DNA of 64,000 nt from positions 5,243-69,242 of the forward strand of contig JAGQRB010000304.1 of NCBI GenBank assembly GCA_020425925.1. Reading direction: 5' to 3'. Position numbers and translations under genes: made by a program. This stretch comes from Planctomycetota bacterium. Lineage in GTDB: Bacteria; Planctomycetota; UBA1135; UBA2386. Shown here one piece after another: positions 8,316-16,924 of the stretch. Positions within the stretch are counted from its first letter, which is position 1. Each line of letters opens with the position of its first letter. The notes under the pieces were generated by a model. It had not been told where the DNA came from. It worked only from the letters and a program-made list of their open reading frames with translations, and did no database searches.

Positions 8316-10343
8316 TCAGTCCCCGAGCACGAGCTTGAGGCCCTGGCTCAGGGCGTAGCCGTTCGGCGCGAGGGCGTCGAGCGCGAACGCCTGCGCGAAG
8401 AGCTCGACGCCGCGGAAGGATTCCCACTGCGGCAGCGGCTGCGGGAAGTGCGCGAAGCCGCTGCCGTTCGTGATGCCGACGAGTGCGGCGATCCCCGGCG
8501 CGAGCAGCAGTTCGCAGCCCGATCCGGTCGGTGTGACGCCGCCGAAGGACAAGCCGGTGATGCAGAGGCTGTTCGGCGCCGTGCCGACGACGTCGAGGCC
8601 GAAGGCGGGTTCGCCGAGCACCGGCTCGCCGAACGTGCCGAGCCGCGGCACACGATTCGTCGGGCCGCAGCCCTGACCGAACCGCTCGGCACGCGCGACG
8701 CGGTCGGTGAACGTCATCACGTCGGTTGCATCGGCGAGGACGACGCCGCGACGGCGGTCGAAGACGATGCCGTTGGACGCGAAGTTGGTCGGGGTGGCCT
8801 GGCGCGCGAGCCACTGGTTGCCGTCCCACTCCCACATCGCCAGCAGGCCCTTCATGACCACGCGCTGCGCGACGTTGTCGTAGGTGAGTTCGGGCGTGCC
8901 CTGCGGCAACGCGCCGCGCTGCGTCCAGACGCCGCCGGCGTACTCCCAGTGCTGCGAACCGAGGCCGAGCACGAGCACGTCGCGGAGCTCGTCGTAGACC
9001 AGCGAGCGAGGGTCGAGGCTGTCGGGCGATGTGGTCGCGATCTGGTGCCACGAGGTGCCGTCCCACTCCCAGTGATCGTGGAGCGGGGTGTAGGCGTTCG
9101 GGCCGAAGCCGCCGACGAGCACGGCGCGGCCGCGGCCACGGTCGAACGCGAAGCCGGCGCGCGCGCGAGCCGGTGGACCGCTCGGCAGCTGTTGCCAATC
9201 GGTGCCGTTCCAGCTCCAGAAGTCGTTGCGCCAGCCGGTTCCGGGGTTCAGGCCGCCGAACATCAGCACGCGCTCCGCGATCGGGTCGTAGGTCAGCGCC
9301 GTGTCGCTGCGCGTCGGCGGCACCGTCGCGGGCAGCGGCAGGTGCCACCTGGCGCCGTCCCACTCGGCGGTCTGCGTCGCCGGCTGACCGCTCGCCGGGA
9401 ACTGGACGCGGACGAATCGACCGCGGGCCTCGTCGAACGTGCCGATCCGGTCGCCGAATCCGGGCCCGGCCAGGAACGGCCGCTCGACCGCGACGATCCA
9501 GCTACTGCCGTCGAACTCGCGGAGCTCGTCTCGGAACGAGCCGATCGCGACGAGCCGGCCGCGATCCGGATCGAACACGACCGCGTAACCGAAGTTGTCG
9601 AGCGGGCCGGGTCGCGGCACCCAGCTGCTGCCGTCGAACTCGAGCGCGAAGGAGTTCTGGAATGCCGCGACGCGACCTCGGGTAGGGTCGAAGACGAGCG
9701 TGGGGGCCGCCAGCAGCGGGTGGGCTGCGCTGTGCTGGAGCCAGACTCCGCCCGAGTACTCCCATGACCCGTAGGTGAGAGTTCGGAAGTCGCGGCCGTA
9801 GAGCAGCATCTTGTTGCGGATCGGATCGAACGCCATCGAACGGCCGTGGCCGATGATCCCCGGCGTCGCGGTCGCGATCTGTTGCCAGGAGGTGCCGTCG
9901 TATTCGAACGTGTGGTCGGCGTCGGTCGCGACGAGGACCCCGCGGTTGCTGTCGTAGGCGGCGATAGCCAGCGCCGGCGCGCCGACGAGCGGCTGGAGCT
10001 CGACGCCGTCCCACGCCTCCGAGTAGATCCCGAGCAGCAGCGTCCGCTGCTGCGGCGGGAACCAGAGCACCGTGTTGAAGCTGCCCCGGCCGGGGCCCCT
10101 CGCGAGGTCCGCGCCGCGGAACTCGTAGAGTCCGCCGTCGGCCGCGACCATCACGAGCCGGCCGCGGGCCGCGTCGTGCGTCATGCGGTACTGGCCGCTT
10201 CCGGCCGGGGAATCGAGCGAGGCGTAGTTGTTGCGCTCCGCCAACCAGACGGATTGACTCGGGAGCCCGGCGGTTGCCAGGAGGGCGGGCAGGCCGAAGG
10301 ACAGCGCGGCGAGCGCTGCAGCGGCCAGGGTGCGGTGGTCCAT
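8316..10343 (-). CDS. Secreted Kelch-like (galactose-oxidase-type) beta-propeller protein with the recurrent C-terminal tail
   Basis: Signal peptide MDHRTLAAAALAALSFGLPALLATAGLPSQ. At least 9 repeats have the W-E-[WYF]-D-G-x-x-W signature (FEYDGTSWQQI, WEWDGTSWHQI, WEWDGNQWLAR and others). The tail is at about 8319-8687 (FGQGCGP...GSGCELLL...FAQAFALD...LVLGD). Confidence 0.85.
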   Translation of the reverse strand: MDHRTLAAAALAALSFGLPALLATAGLPSQSVWLAERNNYASLDSPAGSGQYRMTHDAARGRLVMVAADGGLYEFRGADLARGPGRGSFNTVLWFPPQQRTLLLGIYSEAWDGVELQPLVGAPALAIAAYDSNRGVLVATDADHTFEYDGTSWQQIATATPGIIGHGRSMAFDPIRNKMLLYGRDFRTLTYGSWEYSGGVWLQHSAAHPLLAAPTLVFDPTRGRVAAFQNSFALEFDGSSWVPRPGPLDNFGYAVVFDPDRGRLVAIGSFRDELREFDGSSWIVAVERPFLAGPGFGDRIGTFDEARGRFVRVQFPASGQPATQTAEWDGARWHLPLPATVPPTRSDTALTYDPIAERVLMFGGLNPGTGWRNDFWSWNGTDWQQLPSGPPARARAGFAFDRGRGRAVLVGGFGPNAYTPLHDHWEWDGTSWHQIATTSPDSLDPRSLVYDELRDVLVLGLGSQHWEYAGGVWTQRGALPQGTPELTYDNVAQRVVMKGLLAMWEWDGNQWLARQATPTNFASNGIVFDRRRGVVLADATDVMTFTDRVARAERFGQGCGPTNRVPRLGTFGEPVLGEPAFGLDVVGTAPNSLCITGLSFGGVTPTGSGCELLLAPGIAALVGITNGSGFAHFPQPLPQWESFRGVELFAQAFALDALAPNGYALSQGLKLVLGD

Positions 10344-10406
10344 GCCGTGTCTTGCCGCGAGCGACCCGGATCGTGGCGGCGGAGTTCGGTTTTCCCACGC
10401 CGCCGC

Positions 10407-11843
10407 CTACGGCAGCACGGTCAGCTGGACTCCCGCGGATGCACCGAGCTGCAGTGCTGCGTCGAGGCTGAAGGCCTGCCCGAACACCGGCAGGTCGACG
10501 AGGCCGGGGTCGTTCGGCAGCGGCAACGGCACGTCCGTGGCGGCTGCCGGCACCAGCAGCCGGCTGACGAGCGGGTCGACCAGGACGTCGAGGCCCGCGA
10601 TCGACAGCGAAACCCGCTGGACCCCGAGCACGATGCCGGCGAACAGCGGCGGCGTGCTCGCCGTGAGCCGCAGCGCGAATGCGGCGTTGCCGATGCGCGG
10701 TAGCCCGGCCGCGCTCGGCGCCACCTGCCATTCGAGCACCAGCGGGCTCGGACCGCTGCGGTCGCCGTAGACCTCGGGGTCGGGATCGATGTCGAGACCG
10801 CTCGCGACGCCCCAGCCGCCGGCCGGCGCGGTCACCGCCAACGACAGCGTGCCGGTCGACGGGCTCGCCGGCGACAGCCGGTAGACGTCGCGCTCGCTGC
10901 AGCCCGTGCCGGCGACGACGAACGCGTCGCCGGTGGCGGGCTCGATGCGGATGCACTCGGCGTAGAACAGCGCGTTCAGCTGCGGGAACGCAGTCGCGCC
11001 CGCGGTCGCCGGATCGACGTGCAGCAGCTGAGCGCGGCCGTCGGACACCGCATAGCTGGTTGCGAGCAGCGTGCCGTCGTGCTGCAGTGCGAGGCCGGTG
11101 ACGAGCTCGCCCGGCATGTCGACGAGATGGACCGGCGCGCCGCCCTGCGGGAAGTCGACGCGGTAGATCGCGCTGCTCGACTGCGCGAAGACACCGAGCC
11201 AGGCGACGCCGCGGGCGGCATCGAACGCGAGCGCGTTGGTGTCGCCGGGCAGCGTCGTCATCGGCACCGGGAGCAGCGCGTTCGGATCGGTCGGCGGCAG
11301 GCTCGGGTCGAGCACCGCCAGCAGGGTGTTGGTCAGCGGTTCCCCGGCCTGGAACGTCAATGGATCGACCGCGAGCAGCACCCGGCCGTCGGGCAGCGCC
11401 TCGGCTTGCGGCAGACCCGCGGCGCCCCACGCCCCCGGTCCGACGATGCCGGCGTCGTAGCGCGTCACCGCGGTGACGTTCAGGCCGGCGAGATCGAGCA
11501 CGTAGATCGGCATCTGCTGTCCGATCGTGCCGTCGCCCCACGCGTTGGTGACGACTCGGCTGCGGTGTGGCAGCCGCAGTCCGAAGTCGGCGCCGTGGAT
11601 GAACGTGCTGGTCGTGCCATTGCCGAGCACGTCGGCCGGCACGCCGGTGAGCGCCTGCACGGCGCCGCTCCGGGGGTCGACCTCGTAGAGTCCGCCGGGC
11701 CCCGGCACCGCGCACGGCAGGGTTCCGGTGAAGCGGTAGCAGCCCGCGAGCAGCGCGCCGTCGCGGATCTGGGCACGCAAGGTGGGCGCGGCGGCGGCCG
11801 CGGCGAGGGCGAGAAGGGTGCTGGGGATCGGGTGCATGTCCAC
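10407..11843 (-). CDS. Secreted hypothetical protein, probably a beta-propeller, with the recurrent C-terminal tail in a Cys-less variant
   Basis: Signal peptide MDMHPIPSTLLALAAAAAAPTLRAQ. The tail is at about 10410-10769 (LPRIGNAAFALRL...VPLPLPNDPGLVDLPVFGQAFSLD...LTVLP). Confidence 0.8.
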   Translation of the reverse strand: MDMHPIPSTLLALAAAAAAPTLRAQIRDGALLAGCYRFTGTLPCAVPGPGGLYEVDPRSGAVQALTGVPADVLGNGTTSTFIHGADFGLRLPHRSRVVTNAWGDGTIGQQMPIYVLDLAGLNVTAVTRYDAGIVGPGAWGAAGLPQAEALPDGRVLLAVDPLTFQAGEPLTNTLLAVLDPSLPPTDPNALLPVPMTTLPGDTNALAFDAARGVAWLGVFAQSSSAIYRVDFPQGGAPVHLVDMPGELVTGLALQHDGTLLATSYAVSDGRAQLLHVDPATAGATAFPQLNALFYAECIRIEPATGDAFVVAGTGCSERDVYRLSPASPSTGTLSLAVTAPAGGWGVASGLDIDPDPEVYGDRSGPSPLVLEWQVAPSAAGLPRIGNAAFALRLTASTPPLFAGIVLGVQRVSLSIAGLDVLVDPLVSRLLVPAAATDVPLPLPNDPGLVDLPVFGQAFSLDAALQLGASAGVQLTVLP

Positions 11844-11926
11844 CCATGTCCCGAACGCCCGCGCTCGGACACCGATTCTCGGAACGCTTCATCCGGCCGG
11901 GTCCGGTGGCTATCCTGTTCGCCCCG

Positions 11927-12460
11927 ATGACCGAGGCTGGCAATACCAACAAGGTGCTCGCGACGTTCACCGTGAACGGCGAGCCGCGCGAGGTGGCGTT
12001 CGCGCCGCACAAGACGCTGCTCGAGGTGCTCCGCGAGGAGCTCGAGCTCACCGGCACGAAGCACGGCTGCGAGCTCGGCGAGTGCGGCGCCTGCACCGTC
12101 CAGATCGACGGCACCCCGATCCTGAGCTGTCTCTACCTCGCGCTCGACGCGGTCGGTCGCGACGTCCGCACGGTCGAGGGCCTGGCGCAGGGCAGCGAAC
12201 TCGCGCCCCTGCAGCACACCTTCGCGGACCTCGGCGCCGCCCAGTGCGGCTACTGCACACCCGGCATCCTGATGGCGGCCGATGCGCTGCTCGCGGCGAA
12301 CGCGAACCCGACCCGCGCCGAGATCAAGGAGTGCCTCGCCGGCAACCTGTGTCGATGCACGGGCTATCTGAAGATCTTCGAGGCCGTCGAGCTCGCCGCC
12401 GCGCGCATGCGCGGCGAGGACGCCGAACCGAGCGAGGAGTCGATCTATGGTTCTCGATGA
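11927..12460 (+). CDS. [2Fe-2S]-binding small subunit of a xanthine-dehydrogenase/CO-dehydrogenase-family molybdenum hydroxylase
   Basis: GCELGECGACTV and CGYCTPG...CRCTGY are the two classic 2Fe-2S cysteine motifs. I chose the start at the ATG giving MTEAGNTNKVLATFTVNGEP. Confidence 0.9.
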   Translation: MTEAGNTNKVLATFTVNGEPREVAFAPHKTLLEVLREELELTGTKHGCELGECGACTVQIDGTPILSCLYLALDAVGRDVRTVEGLAQGSELAPLQHTFADLGAAQCGYCTPGILMAADALLAANANPTRAEIKECLAGNLCRCTGYLKIFEAVELAAARMRGEDAEPSEESIYGSR

Positions 12461-14969
12461 TCCGTCGACCCGGGGCGACGCCGCCGCGCGCAAGGACGAC
12501 GCGCCGTGGCAGCACGACAAGGCGGCGAAGGACCTCAAGGTCATCGGCAAGCCGATCCGCAAGGTCGACGCCCGCAGCAAGGTCAGCGGTCTGACGCAGT
12601 TCGCCGACGACCTGAAGCTGCCGCGCATGCTGCACATGAAGCTGCTGCGCAGCACCGTGCCGCACGCCGAGATCGTGTCGATCGACACCAGCAAGGCCGA
12701 GGCGCTGGCGGGCGTGAAGGGCGTGCTCACGGGCAAGGACATGCCGACGCCGTTCGGCATCCTGCCGGTCAGCCAGGACGAGCACGCGCTCTGCGTCGAT
12801 CGGGTGCGTTTCGTCGGCGATCCCGTGGTCGCGATCGCTGCGACCGAGGAGGAGATCGCCTGGGATGCGTGCCGGCTCGTCGACGTCGAATACCGCGAGC
12901 TGCGGACGATCGGCGGCATCGAGGAGGCCGCAGCGAACGACGAGCCGCGGCTGCACGACTACGGCGTGCGCGGCAACATCCACCGGCTCGAGAACCTCGA
13001 GTTCGGCGATCTGCAGCAGGGTTTCGCGCAGGCGACCCACGTCCGTGAGGACACGTTCTTCTTCGAGGGCAACACACACCTGCCGATGGAGCAGCACGCG
13101 ACCCTCGCGCACTTCGACAAGGACGGCAAGCTGACGGTCTGGTCGAGCACGCAGACGCCGCACTACCTGCACAAAGCGCTGGCGCGCGTGTTGCACCCGC
13201 TGCCCGCGCACCGCATCCGGGTGATCGCGTGTCCGAACGGCGGCGGCTTCGGCGGCAAGAGCGATCCGTTCAACCACGAGATCGCGGCCGCGAAGATGTC
13301 GATGCTGACCGGCCGGCCGGTCAAGATCGCGCTGACCCGCGAGGAGGTCTTCTTCTGCCACCGCGGCCGTCACCCGGTGCTGATGCAGAGCCGCATCGGG
13401 GTCAACGCGACCGGGCGCATCACGGCGCTCGACTTCCGCAGCTTCCTCGACGGCGGCGCCTACGGCAGCTACGGCACCGCGAGCACCTTCTACACCGGTG
13501 CGCTGCAGACCGTGACCTACGCGGTCGACAACTACCACTTCCGCGGTGCCCGCTTCTTCACCTGCAAGGCGCCGTGCGGGCCGAAGCGCGGCCACGGCAC
13601 GCCGCAGCCGCGTTTCGCACTCGAGGTGCAGCTCGACAAGATCGCCTGCGACCTCGGCATCGACCCGGCGAAGCTGCGGCTCGACAATCTCGCGCCGCGG
13701 GACTCGCTGACCGCGAACTTCCTGCGCATCGGTTCGATGGGGCTCGGCGCGTGCATCGAGAAGGTGGTCGCCGGCTCGCGCTGGCACGAGCGCCGCGGCA
13801 AGAAGGAACGCACCGCCGACGGTCGCATCCGTGGCCTCGGGCTGGCCTGCAGCAGCTACCTCTCGGGCGCGGGTCTGCCGATCTACTGGAACGGCATGCC
13901 GCACTCGGGCGTACAGCTGCAGCTCGACCGCAGCGGTCTCGTGACCGCGTTCTGCGGCAGCACGGATATCGGCCAGGGCAGCGACAGCGTGCTCGGCTGG
14001 ATCATCGGCGAGGTGCTCGGGCTCGATCCACTCGACATCAAGGTCGTGACCGCCGACACCGACCTGACGCCGGTCGATCTCGGCAGCTACAGCTCACGCG
14101 TCACGGTCATGACCGGCAATGCCGCGATGCAGGCGGCGGAGCGCGCGCGCGAGCTGGTCGCGAGCGCGGTTGCGGAGAAGCTCGGCGTGCCCGCCGGACG
14201 GCTGGTGTTCGCCGACGCCAAGGTGTTCGACGCCGAGGAGCCGAAGACCGGCATGACCTGGCAGGAGGCGGTCTGCGTCGCCGAGGCGCGGCACGGCACG
14301 CTCGGCACGGTCGGCAGCTACGCGCCGCCGCCGTCGGCCGCCAAGTTCCGTGGCGGTGGCGTCGGCCCGAGCCCGAGCTACAGCTACTCGGCCGCGGTCG
14401 TGGAGGTCGAGGTCGATCCCGACACCGGCGTCTACCGCGTGCCGAAGGTCTGGATGGCGCACGACATCGGCCGCGCGCTCAACGCGGCGATCGCGATGGG
14501 GCAGATCGAGGGCTCGGTCTACATGGGCCTCGGCGAGGCCATGATGGAGGAGCAGGTCTATCGCGACCGCTCGCACAAGGGCCATCGCATCTTCGTGCAC
14601 AAGATCCCGTCGCTGCTCGAGTACAAGAGTCCGACGACGCTCGAGATGCCCGAGGTCGTGACCTATGTCGTCGAGGACCCGGACAAGAACGGGCCGTTCG
14701 GCGCCAAGGAGGTCGGTCAGGGACCGCTGCTGCCGATGATGCCGGCGGTCGCGAACGCGGTCTACGATGCCGTCGGCGTGCGCGTCGACGAGATCCCGGT
14801 GTCGTTCGAGAAGGTCTTCGCCGCGCTGCAGCGCGAGGACAAGCGTCACGGTCCCGCGGGCGTGCCCGACGTCGATTTCGGCGAATCGCTGCAGGTCGAG
14901 ACGCCGTGGCAGGGCGGCGACGGTCGCGCCAAGAACGACCCCAAGCGCACCAAGAAGGCCGCGAAGTAG
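12447..14969 (+). CDS. Molybdopterin-binding large subunit of an aldehyde-oxidase/xanthine-dehydrogenase-family enzyme
   Basis: 840 aa. VIGKPIRKVDARSKVSGLTQFADD is the typical N-terminus, with GGGFGGK, MEQH and AHDIGRALN-type motifs. GAGGAG lies 8 nt upstream of the ATG. It overlaps the previous gene by 14 nt. Confidence 0.9.
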   Translation: MVLDDPSTRGDAAARKDDAPWQHDKAAKDLKVIGKPIRKVDARSKVSGLTQFADDLKLPRMLHMKLLRSTVPHAEIVSIDTSKAEALAGVKGVLTGKDMPTPFGILPVSQDEHALCVDRVRFVGDPVVAIAATEEEIAWDACRLVDVEYRELRTIGGIEEAAANDEPRLHDYGVRGNIHRLENLEFGDLQQGFAQATHVREDTFFFEGNTHLPMEQHATLAHFDKDGKLTVWSSTQTPHYLHKALARVLHPLPAHRIRVIACPNGGGFGGKSDPFNHEIAAAKMSMLTGRPVKIALTREEVFFCHRGRHPVLMQSRIGVNATGRITALDFRSFLDGGAYGSYGTASTFYTGALQTVTYAVDNYHFRGARFFTCKAPCGPKRGHGTPQPRFALEVQLDKIACDLGIDPAKLRLDNLAPRDSLTANFLRIGSMGLGACIEKVVAGSRWHERRGKKERTADGRIRGLGLACSSYLSGAGLPIYWNGMPHSGVQLQLDRSGLVTAFCGSTDIGQGSDSVLGWIIGEVLGLDPLDIKVVTADTDLTPVDLGSYSSRVTVMTGNAAMQAAERARELVASAVAEKLGVPAGRLVFADAKVFDAEEPKTGMTWQEAVCVAEARHGTLGTVGSYAPPPSAAKFRGGGVGPSPSYSYSAAVVEVEVDPDTGVYRVPKVWMAHDIGRALNAAIAMGQIEGSVYMGLGEAMMEEQVYRDRSHKGHRIFVHKIPSLLEYKSPTTLEMPEVVTYVVEDPDKNGPFGAKEVGQGPLLPMMPAVANAVYDAVGVRVDEIPVSFEKVFAALQREDKRHGPAGVPDVDFGESLQVETPWQGGDGRAKNDPKRTKKAAK

Positions 14970-14980
14970 AGCCGAACACC

Positions 14981-15961
14981 ATGCTGCGACTGCCGACCTT
15001 CACCTACCACCGGCCGAAGACCGCCGAAGCCGCCGTCGCGCTCGCCTGCGAGCACGGCGCGAGCGCGATGTTCGTGGCCGGCGGCACCGACCTCTATCCG
15101 AACATGAAGCGTCGGCACCAGGTGCCGGCGCACGTGATCTCACTGCAGGACCTGCCCGGCATCGATCGGGTCGAGGTCCACGAGCAGGGCGGCGTCCGGA
15201 TCGGCGCGATGACGAAGCTCGCGACGCTCGAACACGACCCGCATCTGCGCGAGCACTTCCCGGCGTTCGCCCACGCGGTGCGCGAGATCAGCACGCCGCT
15301 GCTGCGCAACATGGGCACGATCGGCGGCAACCTGCTGCTCGACACGCGCTGCACCTACTACGACCAGTCGCACGAGTGGCGCGAGTCGATCGACTTCTGC
15401 ATGAAGAAGGACGGCGCGATCTGCTGGGTCGCGCCGGGCTCGCCGCGCTGCTGGGCGGTGCAGAGCAGCGACACGGTGCCGGTGGTGTGCGCGCTCGAGG
15501 CCGAGGTCGAGCTCGTCGGTCGCGACGGCCGGCGCCGGATTCCGGCGGGCGAGCTCTACCAGGACGACGGCATCCAGTACCTGACGAAGAAGCCCGAGGA
15601 GCTGCTGACGTATCTCTATCTGCCGCCGGCCGGCGGCTGGAAGGCGAGCTACCTGAAGCTGCGGCGCCGCGACACGTTCGACTTCCCCGTGCTCGGAGTC
15701 GCGGTCTGCCTGTGGTTCGACGATGCCGGCACGGTCACGAAGGCCAACATCCGGCTCGGCGGCGCGGGCTCGTACGCGATCCCGGCGACCGCGAGCGAGG
15801 AGCTGCTCGTCGGCCAGCGGCTCACCGACGAGCTGATCGCGGCTGCCGGCTCGGCCGCGATGAAGCCGGCGCGCACGATGGACAACACCGACCTCGACGT
15901 CTACTGGCGGCGCAAGGTCGCGCCGGTCTACGTCGCGCGCGCGATCGCCGCGTGCCGGTGA
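14981..15961 (+). CDS. FAD-binding medium subunit (CoxM/HcrB-like) carrying a 4-Cys insertion
   Basis: FVAGGTDLYPNMK and TIGGNL are FAD-binding motifs. The extra loop is C-x15-C-x7-C-x8-C (Cys124/140/148/157). Only the last 327 codons of ORF 13229..15961 are credible. Confidence 0.9.
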   Translation: MLRLPTFTYHRPKTAEAAVALACEHGASAMFVAGGTDLYPNMKRRHQVPAHVISLQDLPGIDRVEVHEQGGVRIGAMTKLATLEHDPHLREHFPAFAHAVREISTPLLRNMGTIGGNLLLDTRCTYYDQSHEWRESIDFCMKKDGAICWVAPGSPRCWAVQSSDTVPVVCALEAEVELVGRDGRRRIPAGELYQDDGIQYLTKKPEELLTYLYLPPAGGWKASYLKLRRRDTFDFPVLGVAVCLWFDDAGTVTKANIRLGGAGSYAIPATASEELLVGQRLTDELIAAAGSAAMKPARTMDNTDLDVYWRRKVAPVYVARAIAACR

Positions 15962-16908
15962 GCCGCGTGCGTGTCGCGATCTGCGGTTGTTTCGCCGCTC
16001 TGCTCGCCGGGTGCTCGCCGGAGCCGATCGGGATCGGGATCGGGTGGGCGATTCCCGTGCTCGCCGCCGAGCAGCCCCGAGATCGAACGGCCTTCGAGTT
16101 CCATTGGCCGGTGCCGAGCACCGTGCACGTCACCGAGGACGCGACGAAGCGAGGCACCAAGACCACCGCGTCGTACGACGTCACGTTGCGTCCCTCGGAC
16201 GAGGAAGGCGTGCTCGTGGGCAGGATCGAGAACTACCGGATCGACTGGGTCGACGGCATGTCCGCCGCCGCATTGCACCCGGCCGCCCGCGAGCAGCTCG
16301 TCGCCATGACCGCGGCCATTCCGGGGTTCCTTGTCCGAGCCGATGGGGCCTTCCTCGGCATCGCGGATTTCGACGCGTTCCTCGATTCGATGGAGGACCT
16401 GCGCGGTCCGATGCCCGGGTTGCGCGCGGCGATGGAGCAGCCGAACCTGCGTCTCGGGTTCGAGCGGCAGGTCGGGCGCTTCTGGCGCGCCTGGGTCGAG
16501 AACTGGATCGGTATGAACGCCGTCGCCGGGTCGTCGGCGACGATTCCGTTCGACGCCGGGCAGGTGTCGGGGATCGAGATGGGTTCCGATCTCGCGGCCG
16601 AACCGCCGCGAACTGAGCGAGCCTTCCGTGGGTGGACGGCGGTGGGTGGGCAAGCACACGTCACGTGGCGCCTGCAGTGGCAGCCCGATGCTGCCGTGAT
16701 GCGAGGTTTGACCGGCGTCGTCGGTGCCGATGGCGCCGGCGTGGAAGGCGTGGCGCGGGTCCGCAGCACAGCCGAGGCCGTGCTCGATCCTGCTACCCTG
16801 CAGCCGAGCTCGGCGTACTGGGCCGAGGAGATCGAGGTCGAAATCGACGGCCGGATGGAACACCGACTCGAGCGGCGCGAGTACTCCTTCGACTGGCGCG
16901 CCCGCTGA
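15958..16908 (+). CDS. Hypothetical lipoprotein
   Basis: GTG at 15958 overlaps the upstream TGA (GTGA). The N-terminus is VSRVRVAICGCFAALLAGCS with lipobox L-A-G-C. No domain was recognised. Confidence 0.7.
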   Translation: MSRVRVAICGCFAALLAGCSPEPIGIGIGWAIPVLAAEQPRDRTAFEFHWPVPSTVHVTEDATKRGTKTTASYDVTLRPSDEEGVLVGRIENYRIDWVDGMSAAALHPAAREQLVAMTAAIPGFLVRADGAFLGIADFDAFLDSMEDLRGPMPGLRAAMEQPNLRLGFERQVGRFWRAWVENWIGMNAVAGSSATIPFDAGQVSGIEMGSDLAAEPPRTERAFRGWTAVGGQAHVTWRLQWQPDAAVMRGLTGVVGADGAGVEGVARVRSTAEAVLDPATLQPSSAYWAEEIEVEIDGRMEHRLERREYSFDWRAR

Positions 16909-16924
16909 TCGGCGGCGGCGCCGC

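Noticed and set aside
9502-12114. 870-aa minus-strand ORF spanning two real genes and an intergenic region. Similar ORFs are 8448..9767(+), 10679..11930(+) and 11480..12919(-).
   Set aside because: The composition is Arg/Pro/Ala-rich and off-frame. It runs across the divergent promoter region at 11844-11926, and the competing frames have clear domain content.
13229-14980. Upstream 584 codons of ORF 13229..15961
   Set aside because: This is an alternate frame of the Mo-subunit gene with Arg/Ala/Gly-rich content. The genuine FAD-subunit sequence begins at the ATG at 14981, 11 nt after the large-subunit stop.
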